Assembly (NCBI GenBank): GCA_963790495.1
Contig: CAWBOW010000017.1
Span: 2,745-66,744, forward strand
Origin: an uncultured Alphaproteobacteria bacterium
Lineage (GTDB): Bacteria; Pseudomonadota; Alphaproteobacteria; Rhizobiales; Xanthobacteraceae
Direction: 5' to 3'
Length of the DNA: 64,000 nt
In this document: positions 20,086 to 30,511 of the stretch, piece by piece
Layout of the letters: each line of letters opens with the position of its first letter
How positions within the stretch are numbered: the stretch's first letter is position 1
Notes under the pieces: model-generated
The model's database searches: none
Seen by the model: only the letters and a program-made list of their open reading frames with translations
Told to the model about the DNA's origin: nothing
Position numbers and translations under genes: made by a program

Positions 20086-20280
20086 TTACTTCTGCTGCTG
20101 ACTCTTGCTGTGGGCTTGCTCGCTGTGCTGGCGGGCATTTTGCGAGTGTTGCTGGGCGGCGGCTGAATGTTCCTTGCCCTTGGCGTGGTCGCCTTTGCCA
20201 TGCTGTTCCGCCGCGGCGCGATGGGACTTGGCAGCGTTTTCATGATGCTCAGCGGCTTTATTGTGTTCGTCTCGAGCCAT
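20086..20280 (-). CDS. Small hydrophilic His/Ala/Lys/Gln-rich protein (64 aa), stress-protein-like
   Basis: Encodes MARDEHNKAAEHHENAAKSHRAAAEQHGKGDHAKGKEHSAAAQQHSQNARQHSEQAHSKSQQQK. A ggagg sits upstream and its own terminator lies downstream. Confidence 0.6.
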   Translation of the reverse strand: MARDEHNKAAEHHENAAKSHRAAAEQHGKGDHAKGKEHSAAAQQHSQNARQHSEQAHSKSQQQK

Positions 20281-20455
20281 GAGATTCCTCCGTTTGATGT
20301 TCAACGACTTGAATGTCGACATCCAAGTGACTGACGGTAGCTAAGCCACCACGGCGCTGAAACCAGAGATACAAAAAAAGAAACCTCGTCACGAATGTCC
20401 GAAGTTCCATCAGTGGAAAATCTATGCGGTGATCATTTGGATGATCCAACAAAAA

Positions 20456-20497
20456 ACATGCGTTGGAAGACATGCGTTGGAAGACATGTGTTGGAAC
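20456..20497. repeat. Three tandem copies of a 14-nt unit
   Basis: Units acatgcgttggaag, acatgcgttggaag and acatgtgttggaac lie in the AT-rich spacer between the topIB stop and the small stress-like gene. Confidence 0.85.
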
Positions 20498-20551
20498 ACC
20501 GCGTTCCATCATTCGCGGGCCAATAATCGTCGCACAAGGGCGAAGGAGAAT

Positions 20552-21823
20552 TTACGCGCCGCGTCCAACAGCGCCCGCGGCGTTGGCCGGCGGATTGGGC
20601 GGCCGCAACACCGCACGCATGCCCGAACCCCGTCTCGGCCGCGGCCGTCGCGCCGTCCGCTTGACGCTCGCCGCCAATTGCTCGCGCAAGCTCGGCGGCT
20701 TTCGCCGCGACGACGCCGCTTTCAGCCGCGAGCGCAGCAAAGCGAGGACGGCCGCTTCCTGCGGCTCAAGACCGGAAACCTTGTCGCGCAAGAGTTTCTC
20801 CGACCGCTCGGTCAGCTCCTTGACCAGCGCGCCGTCGAGATAGGCGTTGAGGATTTCCGGGTGCACATAACACTTGCGGCAGATCGCCGGCGTGTTGCCG
20901 AGCCGCTTGGCGACGCCCTCGATGGCCGAGCGGACGTTGCGCTTGGCCTGCGCCTCGCTGTCGAAGGTCTCGACCTCTTGCAGCGCGATGCCGGCGAGCA
21001 CCGTTCCGGCCCAGGTGCGAAAATCCTTGGCGGTGACGTCGCTGCCGGTGATGTCGCGCAAATAGGCATTGACGTCGGTCGAGGTCACGTCGGCAATGGC
21101 GCCGCCGTCGTCGCGGTATTGCAATAGCTCCTGGCCGGGCAAGTCCTGGCAGGCGCGAATGATTTTAGCGACCCGACGATCCTTGATGCGGGTCGTCCAT
21201 TCCTTGCCGCTTTTGCCGATGAAGTGGAAGCACACCTGCGAGCCATCGACCTCGGCATGGCGGTTTTTCAGCGTGGTGAGGCCATAGCTCTTGTTCTGCC
21301 TGGCGTAATCGTCATTGCCGACGCGGATCAAGGTCTTGTCGAGCAGATAAACGACGGTGGCGAGGATTTTTTCGCGCGGCAGACCCGGCCGGCGCATGTG
21401 CGCGCGCACCGTCTTGCGGATCGCCGGCAGCGCGCGGGCGAAGGCAATCACGTGCTGGTATTTGGTGCTCTCGCGCACCTCGCGAAAGCGCGGGTGATAG
21501 CGGTATTGCTTGCGCCCTCTGGCGTCGCGGCCGGTCGCCTGCATGTGGCCATCGGCGAAGGGGCAGATCCAGACATCCGACCAGGCCGGCGGGACGGCGA
21601 GCGAGCGGATACGCTGCAAGGTCGTCTTGTCGGATACGCTTTTGCCGGCGGCGTCGAGGTAGCGAAAGTGCCGTCCGGCCCGCCGGCGCGTAAGCCCCGG
21701 ACGGGCGTCCGAGACGTATTTCAGCCCGGCCGCCGCGGCGGTGTCTTGCGGCGCCACGAGGTCCGCTCCCGGGCCGTCCGGCGCCGAAGCCGCTTGTTTT
21801 GTTTGTGAATTCCTGCTCGCCAT
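20552..21823 (-). CDS. DNA topoisomerase IB (bacterial poxvirus-like type)
   Basis: 423-aa part of the long minus ORF starting at MASRNSQ.... Motifs include AVPPAWSDVWI, GRDARGRKQYRYH, YGLTTLKNRH, TAKDFRTWAGT and the catalytic-Tyr context CRKCYVHP. Confidence 0.88.
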   Translation of the reverse strand: MASRNSQTKQAASAPDGPGADLVAPQDTAAAAGLKYVSDARPGLTRRRAGRHFRYLDAAGKSVSDKTTLQRIRSLAVPPAWSDVWICPFADGHMQATGRDARGRKQYRYHPRFREVRESTKYQHVIAFARALPAIRKTVRAHMRRPGLPREKILATVVYLLDKTLIRVGNDDYARQNKSYGLTTLKNRHAEVDGSQVCFHFIGKSGKEWTTRIKDRRVAKIIRACQDLPGQELLQYRDDGGAIADVTSTDVNAYLRDITGSDVTAKDFRTWAGTVLAGIALQEVETFDSEAQAKRNVRSAIEGVAKRLGNTPAICRKCYVHPEILNAYLDGALVKELTERSEKLLRDKVSGLEPQEAAVLALLRSRLKAASSRRKPPSLREQLAASVKRTARRPRPRRGSGMRAVLRPPNPPANAAGAVGRGA

Positions 21824-21951
21824 GTCACTTGCATTCGTCAGCGGAGAACTTGCAAGGAGGCCAGCGGTTCCGCAGCACCGTTCAAACTGCATCGCTGCCG
21901 GATACGCTCCGCCCGTCCATTTTGGCCTAATCGTTTTCGCCAATCGAGCCG

Positions 21952-21977
21952 GGAACATTATGGTTGGCCGGACCGTT
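21952..21977 (+). promoter_or_regulatory. Candidate sigma-EcfG (general stress response) promoter
   Basis: GGAAC (21952-21956), a 17-nt spacer, then CGTT (21974-21977), about 70 nt upstream of the kinase ATG. It matches the alphaproteobacterial EcfG consensus GGAAC-N16/17-CGTT. Confidence 0.4.
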
Positions 21978-22045
21978 ACTTGAGGTTGGGTGGGACCTAC
22001 GGCATCGTCGGACGGGCGCGAGCGGGCAATAGCCAGGCATAGTGA

Positions 22046-24037
22046 ATGGAACAAACCGGGCCGCCCGACGCACCAATGACGGGCACGACGGAAGACGAAC
22101 GCTACCGCCTGCTGATCGAGGCCGTCACCGACTATGCGATCTTCATGCTGGACGCCGATGGCATCGTCGCCAGCTGGAACCCCGGCGCGAAGCGCCTGAA
22201 GGGTTATGAATCGCACGAAATCATCGGCCAGCATTTCTCGCGGTTTTATTCCGAAGAAGACCGCAACGCAGGCATCCCGGCCCGCGCGCTCGAGACCGCC
22301 CGGCGCGCCGGCAAATTCGAGATCGAAGGCTGGCGCATACGCAAGGACGGCAGCCGGTTTTGGGCCTATGTCGTCATCGACCCGATCCGATCGCCGACCG
22401 GCAAAACGGTCGGCTATGCCAAGATTACCCGCGACCTGAGCGAGCGGAAGCAAGCCGAGGAAGCGCTCAAGGTAAGCGAGCAGCAGTTCCGCCTGCTGGT
22501 GCAGGGCGTGACCGACTACGCCATTTACATGCTCGATCCGCAAGGCCGCATCACCAGCTGGAACGCCGGCGCGCAGCGCATCAAGGGATATACGCCGGAC
22601 GAAATCATCGGCCAGCACTTCTCGCGATTTTACACGGAGAGGATCAGGCTGCCGGCGAGCCGCAACGCGCGCTCGAAACCGCCGCGCAGCGACGGCCGTT
22701 TTGAGAAGGAAGGCTGGCGGGTACGCAAAGACGGCACGCGGTTCTGGGCGCATGTCGTGCTCGATCCGATCCGCGCCGATGACGGCTAGCTTGTTGGATT
22801 CGCGAAAATCACCCGCGATATCACCGAGCGAAAGGAGGCTGCAGAGAGACTCGAGAAGGCGCGCGAAGCGTTGCTGCAAGCGCAGAAAATGGAGGCCATC
22901 GGCCATCTGACCGGCGGCATCGCCCACGATTTCAACAATCTCTTGATGGCGGTGCTCGGCAGTCTGGAGCTGGTGCGCAAGCGCCTGCCCGCCGAAGACA
23001 AAGGACTGCTCGCGCTGGTGGACAATGCCGTACTGGGCGCGCAGCGGGGCGCCATTCTGACCCAGCGGATGCTGGCCTTCGCGCGACGGCAGGATTTGCA
23101 GAACGAACCCGTGCGATATTCCGGAGCTGGTGCTCGGCATGACCGAACTGCTGCAGCGTTCGATCGGGCCGCAAATCGCCATCGAGACCCGCTTTCCGCT
23201 GGCGCTAGGCCGGTGAGCTCGGACGCCAACCAGCTCGAAATGGCGCTGCTCAATCTCGTCGTCAACGCGCGCGACGCGATGCCCGCGGGCGGCCGGATCA
23301 TCGTGGCGGCCCGCGATGCGGATTCGCAACCGAGCGAGCCTGGCGGCCTCAAGGCCGGACGTTACGTCTGCCTGAGCGTGCACGGACACCGGCGACGGCA
23401 TGGACCAAGGGACGCTGGAGCGGGCGATGGAGCCGTTCTTCACCACCAAGGGCCGGGCAAGGGCACCGGGCTTGGCCTGTCGATGGTGCACGGGCTGGCC
23501 GAGCAATCGGGCGGACGTTTCATCCTGAAAAGCCAGCCGGCACAAGGCACGACGGCGGAACTGTGGTTGCCGGTCGACGAGGGGATCAACCCGGCCGCCG
23601 AGAAGCAGGCGGCAATCCGGGAGGCCGAGCGGCATCAGCCGATGCTGGTCGTGCTGGCCGTCGATGACGACCCTCTGGTGCTGACCAATACCGTGGCCAT
23701 GCTGGAGGATCTCGGTCACACCGCCATCGGCGTATCGTCCGGAAAGCTGGCGCTTGAAACGTTGCGCCAGGACAACTCGGTCGATCTGGTGATTACCGAC
23801 CAGATCATGCCGCAAATGACCGGCGTGCAGCTTGCCGACGCGATCAAGGCGGAATGGCCGGAGCTTGCGGTGATCCTGGCGTCAGGATTTGCCGAGGCGC
23901 CGGCAGGCATTCACCGGCTGCCGCGGCTGTCCAAGCCGTTCAACCAAAGCGAGCTTGCCGCGAAAGTGGCGGAGGTCCATTCCTCGCTCGGCAAGGCGCG
24001 AGTTTTGAAATTCCCCGCCTCACAGCCGAAAGGCTAA
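22046..24037 (+). pseudogene. Hybrid sensor histidine kinase (PAS-PAS-HisKA-HATPase-REC), disrupted about 7 times as sequenced
   Basis: Two PAS units (DYAI[F/Y]MLD..G.I.SWN.GA.R.KGY). H-box GGIAHDFNNLL, N-box NLVVNARDAM, G-box [11 protein letters not shown], and a receiver (VLAVDDDP...DLVITDQIMP...KPF). Frame switches near 22640, 22697, 23112, 23212, 23383 and 23455, plus an in-frame TAG at 22787-22789. Confidence 0.85.
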
Positions 24038-24248
24038 AGCCTCTGACCTAGCCGAAACGCGCATCGGCGGATGGCCGAATGGGCAGAGCATGGCAGCAAC
24101 GTGCGGCACCGCTGCCGACGGCGGCACCCGGATGAAGCGACGCAAAATCTGCAGTCAGGCGAACGGGTGTTCCGTTGCCGGATTGCGCTATCGCGCTCCA
24201 TCCGGATCATTGAGAAAATCGGCTGGGCTCGGCAATCCGGATCGCCCG

Positions 24249-24503
24249 TTACCTGGTGCCCGGCTTGTAATAGTCGCCCTGCCTCTGTTCTTGTGCTTGC
24301 GCCGGAGAAAGCTTTTGCGGGCGGGTACCGGAGAAGTCGTAGTAATCGCCGTGCCTAAATTCCCGCTGCTGCCTGGGGCTCGCCTGCTGCGGCATAGTCG
24401 GGCCGGGCTTGTAATAGTCTCCGGACTGCGGATTTTGCGCGAGAGCCGGCGTCGCAATCGACATTACGAAAATCGCGGCCAGCAATTTCGTGGTGAGATT
24501 CAT
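24249..24503 (-). CDS. Small secreted protein with three GDYY(K/D)(P/F) repeats (84 aa)
   Basis: Signal peptide MNLTTKLLAAIFVMSIATPALA, then SGDYYKPGPT, HGDYYDFSGT and QGDYYKPGTR. Confidence 0.6.
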   Translation of the reverse strand: MNLTTKLLAAIFVMSIATPALAQNPQSGDYYKPGPTMPQQASPRQQREFRHGDYYDFSGTRPQKLSPAQAQEQRQGDYYKPGTR

Positions 24504-25016
24504 CGGAGGTCTCCATGACCGAAGCCTCCAGTCCCTGGCCGAGATTAATGGATGGGATTAAGTCGGAAGTATGAGGGATAGGTCACCCCTATTGCCGGAT
24601 AAGTACGGGGCGCAACGCATTTCTATAAGCTTCTCAAAACTCTATTTCGTAGAACAATCTACAAACTCTATTTGTTGGCGCATTGGAACAGCCCAAGTCG
24701 AAACGAGTTGCTGCGGCGATTTTTGGGCGGGAACCCCTGCTGCGCACATTGCGTCCGGAAGATCACGAATTGCGGCGGATTGAAAATGCCGCAGCCGATG
24801 TCGCAATCGAACCTTCTCAGGTCGGTGATTTGCGCGCCTATGCGGCCTGAGACCTGCATGCATATTGCCGCAGCAGGTATGTGGCGGGCCAGGCGCGGCC
24901 TTGGCGCCCGCGCCAACTGGCCCAATCCGGGGACCCGGCACGACTTATGCCTTAAAATCATGCTTTAGAATCGCAGGCGCGGCGTGCTACGGCACGGCGG
25001 CATAAGGGACAGAGCG

Positions 25017-26714
25017 ATGTCGGTTGCCGAGACCATAACGCGCGAGGCGGGAGGCGATTTCATCCGCGATATCGTGCGCGCCGATCTTGCCTCGGGCCGG
25101 CACAAGGCCATCCGCACCCGCTTTCCGCCCGAGCCGAACGGCTATCTGCATATCGGCCACGCCAAATCGATCTGTCTGAATTTCGGCATCGCCGAGGAAT
25201 TTTCCGGCCATTGCAATCTGCGCTATGACGACACCAATCCGGTCAAGGAGTCGCAGGAATTTATCGACGCCATCGAGCGCGACGTGCGCTGGCTCGGCTT
25301 CGACTGGGGCAGCAATCTTTTTCACGCCTCGGATTATTTCGAGCAGCTCTATGCCTGGGCCGAGCACCTCATCGGCGCCGGCAAGGCTTATGTCGACGAT
25401 CAGAGCCAAGAGGCGATGCGCGCCAATCGCGGCACGCTGACCGAGCCGGGCAAGAACAGCCCGTTTCGCGACCGCGGCATCGAGGAGAACCTCGATCTGT
25501 TGCGCCGCATGCGCGCCGGCGAGTTTCCGAACGGCGCGCGCGTGTTGCGCGCCAAGATCGACATGACGTCCGGCAATATCAATCTGCGCGATCCGGTGCT
25601 CTACCGCATCCTGCACGCCGAGCATCCGCGCACCGGCAAAACCTGGTGCATCTATCCGAGCTACGATTTCGCCCATGGCCAGTCGGACGCCATCGAAGGC
25701 GTCACGCATTCGATCTGCACGCTGGAATTCGAGGACCACCGGCCGCTCTATGAATGGTTCTTGGCCAACCTGCCGGTGCCGTCGCATCCGCACCAGTACG
25801 AATTCGCCAGGCTCAATCTCACTTACACGGTGCTGTCGAAGCGGGTTTTGACCGAACTGGTGCGCGGCGGCTATGTGTCGGGCTGGGACGATCCGCGCAT
25901 GCCGACGCTGGCGGGGATTCGCCGCCGCGGCGTACCGGCGGAAGCCGTCCGCGATTTCGTCAAGCGTATCGGCGTCGCCAAGGCCAACAGCCTGGTCGAC
26001 GTGGCGATGCTGGACTTTTCCATCCGCGAGTACCTCAACAAGACCGCGGCACGGCGCATGGCGGTCTTAAGGCCGCTGAAAATCGTGATCGAGAATTATC
26101 CGGAAGGCCAGAGCGAGGAACTGGAAGCGCTCAATCATCCGGACGATGCGGCTGCCGGCACGCGGCGCCTGCGCTTTTCGCGCGAGCTTTTCATCGAGCG
26201 CGAGGATTTCATGGAAAACCCGCCGAAGAAATTCTTCCGCCTGTCGCCGGGCGCCGAAGTGCGGCTGCGCTATGCTTATTTCATCAAGTGCCATGACGTG
26301 AAGAAGAACGCGGCCGGGGAGGTGATCGAGTTGCGCTGCACCTACGATCCCGCCACCAAAGGCGGCAATGCGCCGGACGGCCGCAAGGTGAAGGCCACCA
26401 TGCATTGGCTCTCGGCGGCGGATGCGCTGCCTGCGGAAGTGCGCTTGTACAATCCGCTGTTCTCGAATGCCGAGCCGGACGCCGGCAATTTTGCCTCCGA
26501 ACTCAATCCGCTTTCGTTGGAAGTGATCGCCGATGCGCGCGTCGAGCCGGCGCTGGCGGACGCCGCGACGGGTACGCCAGTGCAGTTCGAGCGGCAGGGC
26601 TATTTCTGTCCGGATGTCGACTCAACGCGCGAGCGCCTCGTCTTCAACCGCACCGTCGGCTTGCGCGATACGTGGGCGAAAGTGTCGGCGGCCAAAGGTT
26701 CCGCCACCGGCTGA
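25017..26714 (+). CDS. glnS: Glutamine--tRNA ligase
   Basis: HIGH motif ([14 protein letters not shown]) and the MSK-type motif (VLSKR). The start is taken at the internal MSVAETI.... Confidence 0.93.
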   Translation: MSVAETITREAGGDFIRDIVRADLASGRHKAIRTRFPPEPNGYLHIGHAKSICLNFGIAEEFSGHCNLRYDDTNPVKESQEFIDAIERDVRWLGFDWGSNLFHASDYFEQLYAWAEHLIGAGKAYVDDQSQEAMRANRGTLTEPGKNSPFRDRGIEENLDLLRRMRAGEFPNGARVLRAKIDMTSGNINLRDPVLYRILHAEHPRTGKTWCIYPSYDFAHGQSDAIEGVTHSICTLEFEDHRPLYEWFLANLPVPSHPHQYEFARLNLTYTVLSKRVLTELVRGGYVSGWDDPRMPTLAGIRRRGVPAEAVRDFVKRIGVAKANSLVDVAMLDFSIREYLNKTAARRMAVLRPLKIVIENYPEGQSEELEALNHPDDAAAGTRRLRFSRELFIEREDFMENPPKKFFRLSPGAEVRLRYAYFIKCHDVKKNAAGEVIELRCTYDPATKGGNAPDGRKVKATMHWLSAADALPAEVRLYNPLFSNAEPDAGNFASELNPLSLEVIADARVEPALADAATGTPVQFERQGYFCPDVDSTRERLVFNRTVGLRDTWAKVSAAKGSATG

Positions 26715-26817
26715 TTGCCTACCGGCCCGTTGAACTGTGATTTGTTGCACCGCAACGATTTTCCTTTTCGCGCGTTTTGCGTCCGCCACGCCATTCGGAA
26801 ACCCAAGCGCCGATGCG

Positions 26818-27758
26818 ATGAATTTCAGACTGCCGCCGTTTGGGGGGCGGGTTGTGCCGCACCCCAAGCGCTTATTTGCCCTTGCGATCCTGACCGTGCC
26901 GCTCGGGCTTTTATCCGGCTGCGGCAACGGCGTGCTGACGCCGCGCGGCCCGATCGGCAGCGCTAACGCTATCATTCTCTTGGACGCCGTCGGCATCATG
27001 TCGGCGATCGTCGTGCCGACGATCATCGCGGCTGTTGGCTTTCGCCTGGTGGTTTCGCGCTTCCAACACCCGAGCGCGATTCCGGCCGGATTTCGTCTAT
27101 TCCGGCCGCATCGAGATCATCGTCTGGGCGATCCCGCTCCTGGTCATCCTGTTTCTCGGCGGCGTGATCTGGATCGGCGCGCACGAGCTCGACCCGTTCG
27201 AACCGATCGATGCGCAAGAGCAAGCCGCTCGAAGTGCGAGGTCGTCTCGCTCGATTGGAAATGGCTGTTCATTTATCCGGAGCAGGGGATCGCCAGCGTC
27301 AACGAGCTGGTCGTGCCGGCCGGCGTGCCGGTGCATTTCTCGCTCACCTCGGCGACGGTGATGAACTCGTTCTTCGTGCCGCAGCTCGGCAGCATGATCG
27401 CGACCATGAACGGCATGATCACGCAGCTTTATCTGAAAGCCGACCACCCCGGCGATTTCTACGGCGAGTCCGCGCAATTCAGCGGCGACGGATTCTCCGA
27501 CATGCAATTCGCGCTGCATGCCGTGCCGCAGGACGCCTTCGACCAATGGGTCGCCGGCGTGCGCGCAATCCGGGCCGGCGCTCGATCGCGCAGGCTACGC
27601 CGCGCTGCTGGCGGCAAAGCCAGAACGACGCGCCGTTCACCTACCGCAGCGTCGAGCCGAACCTGTTCGACGCCATCGTGCGGCAGCAATTGCCGCCGGG
27701 CCAGGGCCCGCAAAACGGCAATGGCGGACCGCAAGTGCGGCCGGTCGGAGGTCGCTGA
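26818..27758 (+). pseudogene. cyoA: Cytochrome bo3 ubiquinol oxidase subunit II, about 5 frame disruptions as sequenced
   Basis: Lipobox LLSGC. Conserved segments sit in alternating frames ([30 protein letters not shown]; [50 protein letters not shown]; [18 protein letters not shown]). Switches near 27032, 27220, 27236, 27565 and 27612. Confidence 0.85.
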
Positions 27759-27759
27759 C

Positions 27760-29780
27760 ATGCTCGGCAAGCTCAGCTTGGACGCGATTCCGTTCGATCA
27801 GCCGATTCCGCTCATCGCCGGCGTCGGCGGTGATCGTCGTCATGCTCGGCGTGATCGCCTGGGTCGTCGTCAAAGGCCACCTGCCGTATCTCTGGCACGA
27901 GTGGATCACCAGCGTCGATCACAAGCGCATCGGCGTCATGTATGTGCTGCTCGGCCTGGTGATGCTGCTGCGCGGCTTCATCGACGCCATCATGATGCGC
28001 TCGCAGCAGGCGCTCGCTTTCCATGCCCCCGGCTATCTGCCGCCCGAGCATTACGACCAGGTATTCTCGGCGCACGGCACGATCATGATCTTCTTCGCCG
28101 CGATGCCGACTCGATGATCGGGCTGATGAATTTCGTCGTGCCGCTGCAGCTCGGCGTGCGCGACGTCGCCTTTCCGACGCTCAATTCGACGAGCTTCTGG
28201 CTCACCGCCACCGGCGCGCTGCTGGTCAATATCTCGCTGGTGGTCGGCGAGTTCGCGCGCACCGGCTGGCTGCCTTATCCGCCGCTGTCGGAGCTCAGAT
28301 ACTCGCCCGGGGTCGGCGTCGATTATTATCTGTGGGCGCTGCAGATCTCCGGCGTCGGCACGCTGATGACCGGCATCAATTTCGTCACCACCATTCTCAA
28401 GATCCGCGCGCCGGGCATGAGCTATCTGCGCATGCCGATGTTCTGCTGGACCGCGCTCGCCGCCAACCTGCTGATCATCGCCGCCTTTCCGGTGCTGACC
28501 GCCACGCTCGGCATGCTGATCGCTCGATCGCTATCTCGGCTTCCATTTCTTCACCAACGAGGCCGGCGGCAACATGATGATGTTCATCAACCTGATCTGG
28601 GCGTGGGGCCATCCCGAGGTCTACATCCTGGTGCTGCCGGCCTTCGGCGTCTTCTCCGAGGTGATCTCCACGTTTTCGGGCAAGCCGCTGTTCGGCTACC
28701 GCTCGATGGTCGCCGCGACGTTGTTCATCTGCCTGGTGTCGTTCACGGTGTGGCTGCATCACTTCTTCACCATGGGCGCCGGCGGCGACGTCAATGCCGT
28801 GTTCGGCATCGCCACCAGCATCATCGCGGTCGGCACCGGCGTGAAGATCTACAACTGGATGTTCACGATGTACGGCGGCCGCATCCGCTTCGCGACGCCG
28901 ATGCTGTGGTCGATTGGGGTTCATCGTCACCTTCATCATCGGCGGCATGACCGGCGTGCTGCTGGCGGTGCCGCCGGCCGATTTCCAGCTGCACAACAGC
29001 CTGTTCCTGGTCGCGCATTTCCACAACGTCATCATCGGCGGCGTGGTGTTCGGCGGCTTTGCCGGCATGACCTACTGGTTTCCCAAGGCGTTCGGCTTCC
29101 GCCTGCATGAGGGCTGGGGCAAGGCCGCGTTCTGGTTCACCATTGTCGGGCTTCTACGTCACCTTCATCCCGCTCTATGCCGCGGGTCTTCTCGGCATGA
29201 CGCGGCGCCTGCAGCATTACGACGTCGCGCGAATGGCGGCCGTGGGTGCTCGCTGCCGGCGTCGGCATGGTGTTCTTTTGCATCGCGCTGGTCTGCCAGG
29301 TGATGCAGCTCGTCGTCAGCATCCGCCGCCGCGGCAGCTGCGCGACGTGACCGGCGATCCCTGGGACGGCCGCTCGCTGGAATGGGCGACGCCGTCGCCG
29401 CCGCCGCCGTTCAATTTCGCGGTGCTGCCCAATGTGGAAGGCGAGGAGCCGTATTGGCAGATCAAGCGGCGCGCCATCGAGACCCAGCAAATGTCGGCCG
29501 AGCCCGACTACCAGCCGATCGAAATGCCGCGCAACAGCCCGACCGGTTTCATCACCGCGTTCTTCGCCACCATCACCGGCTTCGCGTTGATCTGGCACAT
29601 CTGGTGGCTGGTCGGCGTCGGCATCGCCGCGGCCTATGCGGTGTTCGTCTGGTTCGCCTGGCGCGACGTCGAGGAATACGAAATTCCGGCCGAGGAGGTG
29701 GCGCGCATCGATCGCGCCCGCCGGCAATGCGCGCGCAGGCCTGGCTTGCCGTGCATGCGCGCCAAGGAGAGCCGGCATGA
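27760..29780 (+). pseudogene. cyoB: Cytochrome bo3 ubiquinol oxidase subunit I, about 8 frame disruptions as sequenced
   Basis: Fragments align colinearly with E. coli CyoB from memory (HKRIGVMY..., [96 protein letters not shown]...[22 protein letters not shown]). Switches near 27825, 28112, 28522, 28915, 29148, 29228, 29335 and 29720. Confidence 0.88.
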
Positions 29781-30511
29781 GCGCCGCCGAGGCCGTCGCC
29801 GGCGGCCGTGATCGGGGCGCCGATCCCTACAAACTCGGCCATGGCGGCGAACGCGATCGCGGCCACGGTGGCGGCCATGGCGGTCACGGCGGCGGCGATG
29901 GGCGCGGACACGATTATGCCACGGGACATGGCGAGGGCGGCCCGGCATCCAAGCGCGTCATCGTCGGCTACGGCTTCTGGCTGTTTCTGCTCAGCGACAT
30001 CGTGCTGTTCTCCTGCCTGTTTGCCGCGCATGCGGTGCTGCAGACGGCAACCGCCGGCGGCCCGGCCGGACGAGGACCTGTTCAATCCGACGAGCATCGC
30101 GCTCGAAACCGCGTGTCTCTTGCGTCGAGCTTCACCTGCGGGCTGTCGGCAAGTGGCGGCGGATGCGCGCAATCAGATCTGGACCCAGCTCGCGCTCGCC
30201 GTCACCGGGCTTCTCGGCCTGACTTTCCTGCTCCTCGAAGCGCGCGATTTCGCCGGCATGATCGCCGCAAGGCGACGGGCCGCAGCGCAGCGCGTTTCTG
30301 TCCTCGTTCTTCGCCGTGGTCGGCTGCCACGGCGCGCACGTGACGGCGGGACTGTTGTGGCTCGGCACCATGATGGCGCAGGTGTTCTTCAAGGGCTTCC
30401 GGCCCAACATCATGCGCCGGCTGCTTGTGCTTCAACCTGTTCTGGCACGTGCTCGACATCATCTGGGTGGCGCTGTTCACGATCGTCTATCTGATAGGAG
30501 AAGGCCGATGA
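29777..30511 (+). pseudogene. cyoC: Cytochrome bo3 ubiquinol oxidase subunit III, about 5 frame disruptions as sequenced
   Basis: The ATGA start overlaps the cyoB stop. Segments GFWLFLLSDIVLFSCLFAAHAVL, ALETACLL, FLLLEARDF, FFAVVGCHGAHVTAGLLW and FWHVLDIIWVALFTIVYL lie in different frames. Switches near 30068, 30120, 30150, 30270 and 30428. Confidence 0.82.

Noticed and set aside
19880-20410. EcfG-type promoters upstream of the 314-aa membrane gene and the 64-aa stress-like gene.
   Set aside because: GGAAC half-sites exist on the correct strand (plus-strand GTTCC at 19907, 19921 and 20404), but no CGTT lies at N16/17 spacing.
20456-20497. A CRISPR-like array. The same question was raised for the 12-nt repeats at 56766-56837.
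   Set aside because: The units are directly abutting (no spacers), only 12-14 nt long and few in number. The second set is in-frame coding sequence. There are no cas genes.
21824-23815. The N-terminal ~660 aa of the 1087-aa minus-strand ORF (20552-23815), which looks like one giant protein.
   Set aside because: Only the C-terminal 423 aa (from MASRNSQ at 21823) is topoisomerase IB. The rest is the antisense shadow of the plus-strand PAS histidine kinase, a common high-GC artefact with no stops on the opposite strand.
26742-26755. An FNR/FixK-like box (TTGttgcaccgCAA) upstream of cyoA.
   Set aside because: Only the outer TTG/CAA triplets match TTGAT-N4-ATCAA, which is too weak to call.
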